Shown one piece after another: positions 18,404 to 26,200 of a DNA stretch of 56,216 nt (positions are counted from its first letter, which is position 1; each line of letters starts with the position of its first letter). This stretch comes from Candidatus Poseidoniales archaeon. Its GTDB lineage: Archaea; Thermoplasmatota; Poseidoniia; Poseidoniales; Poseidoniaceae. A program made the translations under genes and the position numbers. The stretch is taken from the NCBI GenBank assembly GCA_028283345.1, contig JAPOGE010000001.1:1-56216 (forward strand). Reading direction: 5' to 3'. Below the pieces are notes generated by a model that was not told the origin of the DNA, made no database searches, and worked only from the letters and a program-made list of their open reading frames with translations.

Positions 18404-18534
18404 ATGTATTTCTAAACCGGTGTAATAATTAAACCATCTAGTATTATTATTGACATTAACTATTTTCTCCAACACCAAGTGTTGACAATAACAGCCGACC
18501 CCCAATCTGGGTATTTGCGACAACCTCTCGATTC
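18404..18534 (-). promoter_or_regulatory. AT-rich promoter/operator region of the beta-oxidation operon
   Basis: On the minus strand, TTTAATTATTA lies about 27 nt upstream of the thiolase ATG (plus coordinates 18423-18435). Palindrome CAACACcaaGTGTTG at 18470-18484. Two direct copies of a 12-mer containing TTGACA (tATTGACATTAA at 18448-18459, tGTTGACAATAA at 18480-18491). Confidence 0.35.
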
Positions 18535-18984
18535 TCACAGGTGTAATGGCCGCACCGGGTCGTCAATCCATTCCCTGTCATTCTTCCAGTCATAATCCGG
18601 GCGGTCGACATACAACTCCAACTCATTGCCATCGGGGTCACGTATGTACAGGCTGTGGGTTATCACGTGGTCGCTCATTCCTTCTATGGGAATTTCCCTT
18701 TCCTCCAACTCTTTCTTGGCGCGAACCAGTTGCTCGGTGGTATCGCCGATGCACCACCCAATGTGATACAAGCCGATTCTGCGGCCTCGTGGTGGCCCCG
18801 GTGCATCGCCGACCTCGATTAACAGGAGTTCGTGATGGGTGCGTCCGCTGGTCAAGAGGGCGGCTCGACCGTGGAAGATCTCACCGTAGGTGGAAAGTCC
18901 CAGCACATCGGCATAGAATTGTACCGAAGTCGGTAGATCCTTGACATAAAGCACGACGTGGCCGAGATGTTTGATTCGCATCAA
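18535..18984 (-). CDS. VOC (glyoxalase / extradiol dioxygenase) family protein
   Basis: IKHLGHVVLYVKDLPTSVQFYADVLGL ... HHELLLIE ... LYHIGW ... SLYIRDPDGNELELY is the typical paired beta-alpha-beta-beta-beta module pattern. Confidence 0.85.
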   Translation of the reverse strand: MMRIKHLGHVVLYVKDLPTSVQFYADVLGLSTYGEIFHGRAALLTSGRTHHELLLIEVGDAPGPPRGRRIGLYHIGWCIGDTTEQLVRAKKELEEREIPIEGMSDHVITHSLYIRDPDGNELELYVDRPDYDWKNDREWIDDPVRPLHL

Positions 18985-19100
18985 TACCCGTTTCCTCTCG
19001 AATTATTAAGAGATAACCACGCTTTGACCGAACTGGCCGGAGAAGAGTTCAGTTCGCTTCCGCAGATTATTAGCGCCCACCAATAGAGACGCAGGAGATT

Positions 19101-19709
19101 TCACAGCGCGAACCACTGGTGCAATTCCCACGTCACCCAAGCCAGACCGGCGCCCGGCAGAAGGTCGACGAAGTAGTGCTGTTTGGTCCACAGCGCACTG
19201 ATGGCAATCAACACTGGAAAGGCCCACGGCCACAGCCCGAGATATGGGGCATTGGCGACCAGATGGAAGGCGGTTAATGTTGCGACCGAGACGTGCATGC
19301 TGGGAAAACAATTGGTATTATCATCAAAGGACTGCACCAATTTCATGAAACGGACACTCAAGGTGTCCAGTTCGCCATAATCTCGCCACTCCGGCGGCGT
19401 CTCGACCGGGAACCAGCGGAAGAAGGCCATCTGCATGAATAGCAGGAAAAAGAACGACATCGCGGTATAATTGTACTGTCGCATATCATCGATCGTCGCC
19501 ACAGTGAGAATGATTATTGGGTAATATAGCCCCGAATAAATCCACACCCAGCCCGGCTTAAGGGTGAACAGTCGGTCGATTTTCATATCGAATCTGCGCG
19601 CCGGCTTGATCATGTGATTCTGGGTCCAAAAGTAGAATTGATAGACTCCGACTATCAAGATGATAGTCATCAACAACATGATGGCGAGATCCTTTGGCGG
19701 CATCATCAA
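19101..19709 (-). CDS. PAP2_C / sphingomyelin-synthase-like lipid phosphotransferase family membrane protein
   Basis: Six TMs. CFPSMHVSVA and TKQHYFVDLLPGA match the SGH and HYxxD catalytic motifs of the PAP2-related SMS / IPC-synthase-like family. Confidence 0.55.
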   Translation of the reverse strand: MMMPPKDLAIMLLMTIILIVGVYQFYFWTQNHMIKPARRFDMKIDRLFTLKPGWVWIYSGLYYPIIILTVATIDDMRQYNYTAMSFFFLLFMQMAFFRWFPVETPPEWRDYGELDTLSVRFMKLVQSFDDNTNCFPSMHVSVATLTAFHLVANAPYLGLWPWAFPVLIAISALWTKQHYFVDLLPGAGLAWVTWELHQWFAL

Positions 19710-19862
19710 TTGGGGGTGTCAGTATTAGGGAAATGAGCATTTTCATCATCCCACCACCCAAGGTTGAGTCGGAATTTACCTCCGTTGGGATTCGCTATCA
19801 GAAGGCACATCTACACCGTGGTGACCGAAACTTCTTTTTCACAGCGGTGGGGTTTGCCGACC

Positions 19863-22800
19863 ATGAGGGTACGTGCCGTCATACTTTCCCTGATTTTCCT
19901 CTCCTCGGGAATCATCTTCCCGGCACTGCAGATTCGTTCGGTAAGCGCCGCCCAGGTGAGCCATTTCGGCAACACCGGATTTCCTGCCAGCGTCAACGTC
20001 TCCTTTGCCGCTGCCGGCTATGATTCGACCACCAATATCACCATCGGCCAGAATGCTGTGGTCAGTTCGGCCTCCTTCGATGTGCGCGGCTTGCCTAATG
20101 CCAATGGCGAGAGCCCATTCACCATCGGCGTCGACATCGGAGATGATGGTGACCTCGAGTGGGGCTGGGGTGGCCCGGGAAACGGCACCTTCGGTAATCT
20201 CGATGAGTTCTCCAACGGTTGGAGCCAAATCGGCGTCAATCTCTCAAGTGGCACCAACACCACCTATTCGATTCGCCTGCCTGCCGATGCGGTGGTCAAC
20301 TCGGCGACCGTCAATTTCTCAACCTTGAGCCAAATCACCCTCTCGGGCAATGACGTGCGTGATGCCTACCTGCACAAGCCAAATCCCACCTGGGGCAATG
20401 TGACCCATAAGGATTGCAATTACGGTGCTTCCAACCTTACCCGGGTCGGTAAGAGCGAGTGGGTTAACTGGCACATCTACCGCGGGGTATACTGGTTCAA
20501 TCTATCACGACTACCGGCGGTGACTGTACTCGATGCGAATCTGTTGTTCTGGGTCGAGGACGGGGTCAACCATGCCACCAGTGGCCAGACCGTGACCGCA
20601 ACCCATACCTACACCTTGTATCCCTTGCTGAAGGATTGGGAAGAAGGACAGGAAGACAATTTACCCGTTCAGGCCGGCCCAGGGGTAACTTGGAATAACG
20701 CCATCGATAACCTCACTGGCAGTGATTATGCGTGGGCGATTGCTGGAGCCGGAGGGACGGCTGACCGTGGTAGTGCAGTCGCTGCGGTAACCGACAGCCC
20801 AGCCAATCTCGAGCAGAACTGGCTGGAATTCAATGGCACCAATCTCACCGCCCTGGTGCAGGCTTGGGTCAATGGCAGTACCACCAATAACGGTCTGTTG
20901 ATGACCGGTGATGAGAATACCAACAAGCCGGACGGCTCGGTGCTCTCTATCATGGGGCGCAACAATGCCACCCACGGCCCTCGTCTGGTGGTGACCTTTG
21001 AGGGCAGTGACGACATCACCGCCGCTTTCGACCTCGGTAATGACGGAATTCTGGAGTGGAATCATTCTGGCAATCTCAGTAGTGGCACCATCAGTCCTGA
21101 CCTCGCCGCGGTCATCAATTCCTATCTGGCCAATGCAACTCCGTCCTTCACCGATGCATGGGGTAATGACTTCGTCGATATCCCGCTCAATATCACCGGC
21201 AATGAGACTTTGGTGCTCAGCAATCTCAACCTAAGTTATGATTGGAACCCGACCGTCGCAACCACTCCGACCGGTGATTTAGCCAATGAGATTAACCAGC
21301 ACCTGGCCAACCTGACAGCCGATGTGACCGGCAATGTCAGCATCTTCATCAACGTCACCAGCGGAAGTGCTGGAGTGGTCGAGTTATCCAACCTGCAGAT
21401 AAATACCGGCAACCGACCACCCTCGATTGGTGCAATCGGTCTGCCCAGTGAAACTCTCGTCCCCGATGGACAATCCTATACGGTCTCGCTCGAGGTCACC
21501 TGTTACCAAGGCTTGAGCAACCTCTCATGGGTTGCACTGACCCCGCAATTACAGAATTCACCTACCCGTCCGATACTATTCTATTCACTCGCCAACAGCA
21601 GTACATGGCTGAACAATCCGGGCGGACTGGTCGCCAATCTGAGCGGGAACTGGCAGGAACTGAATAGTGATACCGCACTGATGGAATGGAACCTGAGCGC
21701 CGATTGGGCCTGGCCGGTCGAGAAGGAGGTGGTATGGTTGGCGCAGGTCGGTACCATAGATGCGCTGAATTCCGACCGCACCTCGAGCGCCACCACCAAC
21801 CACGAGCGGCGGGTCGAAATCGCCTCGTTCAACCTGTGGGATGAGAGCGCTCCCAGCGATGGTGGCCCCGAGGTATTCACCGATGAATGGGTTGCCGGTG
21901 GCGACCAATTGCGGGTCAGTGGGACGGTCAATTTCCTCAACCTGAGTAATCATCCACTCCCAGGGGATGTGACGGTCGAGTTGGAGAATGTCAGCGGTAA
22001 CGGCAGTGTCACCCAGAACGGGGTCTTCTCCATCAACACCACCGCACCGAATGCGAATCACTACGATGGTTTCACCATCAGTGCCTACATCTCAGGTGAT
22101 TATGATGCCACCCCGGCGGGCTTTGCGGTGCGAAAGTTCCGTATCGATGCAACCGCGGCTGGACTGCTTGTCCACTCTCCAATTGGGACAAGGGTGATCC
22201 CCGAGGCGCAACAATTGTTCAACATCTCAATCGCTGATACCATCGGCCTCGATGAGGGCTCTCTGGCTCTGCGCTGGTGGGTAGAGTCGACCAATGATGG
22301 GGATGGGGATGGGATTGCGCAGGCGAGCGAGTACTCCATCAGTCCACTTGTGCGGCAAGGGACGAGCGATTTCTTCCATGCAACCTATGATGATACCAAC
22401 AATATGCACGGCCAGAACGTCTCATTATTCGTCGATGGCTATGATCTGGCGGGCAATTCCTTTGCTGGCGGGCAGGCCGGATTGGCGTTCGACCTCATGC
22501 ACTACATCTCGCTGGTGACCGCACCGACCACTCTGGTCAATTCAACCCTGGAGATGCCCGGGGGGATGGCGCTGGTGCCCGAGAATACGGTGTGGCTGAA
22601 CCTTACTATGAATGATGAGAACTGGTTGGAGGACCTCGAGGGAATCATCGTCGCTTTCGGCCAGGGCGACGAACTCATCTGGTCGGCGGGAAATGCCTCG
22701 GTTCTACTCACCAATAACCCTGAAATCATCATCGAATCATTCACCTTGGCCGAATCGCCTAGCCCGGGCGGGTCGTTTGGCGTGAACGGCTCTGGGCAAG

Positions 22801-24302
22801 AGATTCTCATGAATATCTCTTTCTCGGTCAGTGCCTATTATTCTCCGACCTTCGACCAAGGCCAATTTACCCTCCGAGTAACCGACTCATCGGGGATTGT
22901 GGTATTAGCAACCGGCCAGAATTGGTATCTCGACGCCGATATTCATCTGGCAGAATTCTCGATTACTCGCGCCGACGACCCAATGATGTCGCCTCTGCAC
23001 AACGACAGTTATGTCATCCAAGGCCAGCGCTTGTTATTCAGCGGCCGAGTGACCTATGTCGCAGGTGACCTTGTCCCTCCGGCATTCTCGCATGTGCTCT
23101 CCTTGCAGGTACCGCTAGATTCACCTCTGGTCATCAGCATCGATGAGAATGGCTATTTCTCCGCCACCATGGACGCCCTCGGCAGTGGCCTTTACCAAGT
23201 GAATCTCGATGTCATCATCGGCCCCGGTCAGGTAGTGCCCGCACCTTCGCCAATACGCATCCAGGTCGACGACCAGCCCCCCGCGCTGGTCGGCTCCGAG
23301 CCGAATTTCATCGCTGTCAATACCACCGATTTCATTCTCAAGGTGAATATCCAGGAAATCGGTGCCGGCCTGTCGGGCGATGACCTGGTGGTGCTCTGCC
23401 AGATAAGCCGCGGCATCGCCACCGCAGGTGAGCAATTCCAAGCCAATGCCACCTTACTGCTCTCCGGTCAAGTCTCAAGTTATCTGGCAAACCTTTCCTT
23501 CCCACCCATCACTGCCGAAGAGTTACTCCATTGCTGGTTGCAGGTCAGCGACCTTGCTGGCAACAACATCAGCGGCCAAGGCTCATCAGCCAGTTGGCCG
23601 CTGAGTATTCCCGCGGTCGAGACCCGCCCTGACCTCGTTGCCACGGATATCACCATCTCGCCGACTGAGCCGACCTTGGGGGTTACTACGATGGTAAATT
23701 TCACCATCATCAATATCGGCAACCAAACCGAGGAGATGTTCTGGGTCAGCCTGAGCACGGGCATCGACCATGATGGGAAAGTCCTGTTCGAGGAGGTCGC
23801 CAATACTTCGGCCCGGCTGGTGCACGGGAAGGCCTCGACCACCATCTCCCTGACCTGGAATCCGGATTGGGAAGGGGATTTCGACCTCATTATCACCGTC
23901 GATTCGACTGGGATTATTGCCGAGAGAGACGAAAATAACAGTTTCATCCTGCCGGTCTCGGTAGGCCCACCCGAGCAACCGGACGGATTCTTTTCCTCGC
24001 AGGTTGGACTATTCTTCGGTGGCGGGGCGGTATTCCTGCTGATGGCGGCGGGAATCTTCCTGGCGCTGAGACTGCGAGAGGAAGAGGGAGAATACGATGA
24101 CTGGGAAGACGAGAAGGAAGACCGCTTCGAGGGCGAGGAAGTGACTAACCTTGAGGTCTTCAACGATGATGTTGTTGGCGAGCAGGATTACCCGACCTGG
24201 CGCGAGGATGATGGCTACCAATGGCGAGAGTTACCCGATGGCACCAATCAGTGGTGGAATGAAGAAGGGCAATCTTGGATCGACTACGATGCCAATCAAT
24301 GA
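19863..24302 (+). CDS. Giant (about 1480 aa) cell-surface glycoprotein/adhesin with signal peptide, C-terminal TM anchor and acidic Trp-rich cytoplasmic tail
   Basis: Start placed at the ATG at 19863 (MRVRAVILSLIFLSSGIIFPALQ, signal-like). Dozens of N-x-S/T sequons. A DNRLRE-like segment (YTLYPLLKDWEEGQ...TWNN...NNGLLMTG). A CARDB-like segment (RPDLVATDITISPTEPTLGVTTMVNFTIINIGN). TM LFFGGGAVFLLMAAGIFLAL, then an E/D/W-rich tail of about 90 aa. Confidence 0.85.
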   Translation: MRVRAVILSLIFLSSGIIFPALQIRSVSAAQVSHFGNTGFPASVNVSFAAAGYDSTTNITIGQNAVVSSASFDVRGLPNANGESPFTIGVDIGDDGDLEWGWGGPGNGTFGNLDEFSNGWSQIGVNLSSGTNTTYSIRLPADAVVNSATVNFSTLSQITLSGNDVRDAYLHKPNPTWGNVTHKDCNYGASNLTRVGKSEWVNWHIYRGVYWFNLSRLPAVTVLDANLLFWVEDGVNHATSGQTVTATHTYTLYPLLKDWEEGQEDNLPVQAGPGVTWNNAIDNLTGSDYAWAIAGAGGTADRGSAVAAVTDSPANLEQNWLEFNGTNLTALVQAWVNGSTTNNGLLMTGDENTNKPDGSVLSIMGRNNATHGPRLVVTFEGSDDITAAFDLGNDGILEWNHSGNLSSGTISPDLAAVINSYLANATPSFTDAWGNDFVDIPLNITGNETLVLSNLNLSYDWNPTVATTPTGDLANEINQHLANLTADVTGNVSIFINVTSGSAGVVELSNLQINTGNRPPSIGAIGLPSETLVPDGQSYTVSLEVTCYQGLSNLSWVALTPQLQNSPTRPILFYSLANSSTWLNNPGGLVANLSGNWQELNSDTALMEWNLSADWAWPVEKEVVWLAQVGTIDALNSDRTSSATTNHERRVEIASFNLWDESAPSDGGPEVFTDEWVAGGDQLRVSGTVNFLNLSNHPLPGDVTVELENVSGNGSVTQNGVFSINTTAPNANHYDGFTISAYISGDYDATPAGFAVRKFRIDATAAGLLVHSPIGTRVIPEAQQLFNISIADTIGLDEGSLALRWWVESTNDGDGDGIAQASEYSISPLVRQGTSDFFHATYDDTNNMHGQNVSLFVDGYDLAGNSFAGGQAGLAFDLMHYISLVTAPTTLVNSTLEMPGGMALVPENTVWLNLTMNDENWLEDLEGIIVAFGQGDELIWSAGNASVLLTNNPEIIIESFTLAESPSPGGSFGVNGSGQEILMNISFSVSAYYSPTFDQGQFTLRVTDSSGIVVLATGQNWYLDADIHLAEFSITRADDPMMSPLHNDSYVIQGQRLLFSGRVTYVAGDLVPPAFSHVLSLQVPLDSPLVISIDENGYFSATMDALGSGLYQVNLDVIIGPGQVVPAPSPIRIQVDDQPPALVGSEPNFIAVNTTDFILKVNIQEIGAGLSGDDLVVLCQISRGIATAGEQFQANATLLLSGQVSSYLANLSFPPITAEELLHCWLQVSDLAGNNISGQGSSASWPLSIPAVETRPDLVATDITISPTEPTLGVTTMVNFTIINIGNQTEEMFWVSLSTGIDHDGKVLFEEVANTSARLVHGKASTTISLTWNPDWEGDFDLIITVDSTGIIAERDENNSFILPVSVGPPEQPDGFFSSQVGLFFGGGAVFLLMAAGIFLALRLREEEGEYDDWEDEKEDRFEGEEVTNLEVFNDDVVGEQDYPTWREDDGYQWRELPDGTNQWWNEEGQSWIDYDANQ

Positions 24303-24327
24303 ATTTGCCAATGATTAGCGATTCTAT

Positions 24328-25308
24328 TTATCTCAGGGCATCAGTTGCTTTAACCAACTCTCTAGCGATACTTACCTCACCCATCGAATGCCCCGAATCA
24401 GGCACGATCACCAGATTGCTGTCGGGCAGAGCTTTGGCCAATTCCCAGGCACTGCGGGCTGGGCAGACGACATCGTAGCGACCTTGAACAATGGTGGTCG
24501 GGATATGCTGTATCTTGTCGACATTGTTGAGGATATGGCCTTCCTCAACGAAAATCGCATTGATGAAATAATGGCATTCGATTCGGGCGAAGGCGACCGC
24601 AAAATCGAGGTCTTCAGCCATCTCAAGATATTCTGGGTCGGGAAATAACTTGCTGGTCGCCATCTCCCAGCGGGTCCATTGCTGGGCCGCGGCACGGCGC
24701 ACTTCGACCTCCTCACTGGTCAGGCGACGATGATAAGCGCTGATCAGGTCACCTCTCTCGTCCTCGGGGATGTGCTTGCGGAATGGCTCAAAGGCATCGG
24801 GAAAGATGTTACTGGCGCCATCTTGGTAGAACCACTGCAACTCACTTTTGCGACACATGAAGATCCCCCGCAGGGTGAGACTGCGCGGCCGCCCAGGATG
24901 ATTCTGGGCATAGATGAGCGAGAGGGTCGAGCCCCATGAACCACCGAAGACGTGCCAAGTCTCTATCTCCAGATGCTGGCGCAAGGCCTCGATATCACCG
25001 ACTGAGGCCATGGTGTTATTGTCCTCAAGTTCGGCATATGGGGTTGAGCGACCACAGCCGCGCTGGTCGAACTGGATGATGTCGTAGGCGGCAGGGTCGA
25101 AATATTGTCGATAGGATGGTTGGCTACCCCCACCAGGGCCGCCGTGGATGACGATGACCGGGATGCCATCGGGATTTCCGGCGCGCTCCCAAGCGATGGT
25201 ATGCAGGTCGCCAACCTCTAACATCCCGGTGGTATGCGCCTCAATCTCGGGATAGAGAACCTCTTCAAGCATCTGTTCGCCAAAGGACATACCAGCCCCA
25301 TTTGCCAA
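24328..25308 (-). CDS. pip: Prolyl aminopeptidase (proline iminopeptidase)
   Basis: VIVIHGGPGGG, the GGSWGSTL nucleophile elbow, and C-terminal SGHS. The length is typical. Confidence 0.92.
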   Translation of the reverse strand: MANGAGMSFGEQMLEEVLYPEIEAHTTGMLEVGDLHTIAWERAGNPDGIPVIVIHGGPGGGSQPSYRQYFDPAAYDIIQFDQRGCGRSTPYAELEDNNTMASVGDIEALRQHLEIETWHVFGGSWGSTLSLIYAQNHPGRPRSLTLRGIFMCRKSELQWFYQDGASNIFPDAFEPFRKHIPEDERGDLISAYHRRLTSEEVEVRRAAAQQWTRWEMATSKLFPDPEYLEMAEDLDFAVAFARIECHYFINAIFVEEGHILNNVDKIQHIPTTIVQGRYDVVCPARSAWELAKALPDSNLVIVPDSGHSMGEVSIARELVKATDALR

Positions 25309-25370
25309 TCGACCAAGTGCCTTTCGCCGCCCTCGTCTGGATTAATTAGTGGGGTGGTCAGCGCACAGGG

Positions 25371-26000
25371 ATGAGCAGGCGAAAACCGGTCGAGGTCTTC
25401 GATGACTGGGCGAGGCAGGGCAAAGATGAGGGGATGGAGAAAGGTCATGCCGCAGCGGTCGGCGAGATGCTGGCTCTTGCCTTGTCAAAGGTCGCCGAAC
25501 TGGGCAAGGAGTTCTCCGCCATCGATGCTGGTTGCGGCAATGGCTGGGTGGTGCGAGACCTGGCGATGATGCCGTTATGCCGGCGGGCTATCGGGGTCGA
25601 CGGCGCCGAATCGATGATAAAAAAGGCCAAGGAAATCGACCCTGATGGTGAATATCACCATGCCGACCTGCAAGAATGGCGACCGGAGATTCCGGTCGAC
25701 CTGGTGCATTCGATGGAGGTGTTCTACTATGTCGAAGACACCGTCGCTCTGCTCACCCATATCGCCGCCTGGCTCAAGCCCGACGGGTATCTCATCTTCG
25801 GCGTCGACCGCTACATGGAGAACCCCGAGAGCCATGACTGGGATGGCCAGGTAGGATGTTTCATGGCCTTACTGAGTGAAGATGAGTGGACGAAAGTGGT
25901 TACCGATGCCGGTTTTTCAATTATCAAGAGATGGCGAGCGGCGCCAGACCCGAGTCGCGATTGGCCCGGGACTCTGGCCTTCTTCTGTATCAAGAACTAG
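25371..26000 (+). CDS. Class I SAM-dependent methyltransferase
   Basis: AIDAGCGNGW (motif I), an acidic residue after beta-2, and DLVHSMEVFYY (motif II/III region). Confidence 0.8.
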   Translation: MSRRKPVEVFDDWARQGKDEGMEKGHAAAVGEMLALALSKVAELGKEFSAIDAGCGNGWVVRDLAMMPLCRRAIGVDGAESMIKKAKEIDPDGEYHHADLQEWRPEIPVDLVHSMEVFYYVEDTVALLTHIAAWLKPDGYLIFGVDRYMENPESHDWDGQVGCFMALLSEDEWTKVVTDAGFSIIKRWRAAPDPSRDWPGTLAFFCIKN

Positions 26001-26200
26001 CGAGGCGACCGTACATCACCTTCCTTTACGTATGTCGCCGAGATTGTAGCGAGTTCACGATTCAGCAACATGAGCGACACGGTCAGTAAGGATGCCGCCG
26101 CTAGGCGGGAAGCGAGGGCAAAGCGAAGATAATCGATTTTTGATTCGGAATAGGATGAGTTATTCAATAATCGCGATTAGATGAGAGTCTTGCCCGAGCC

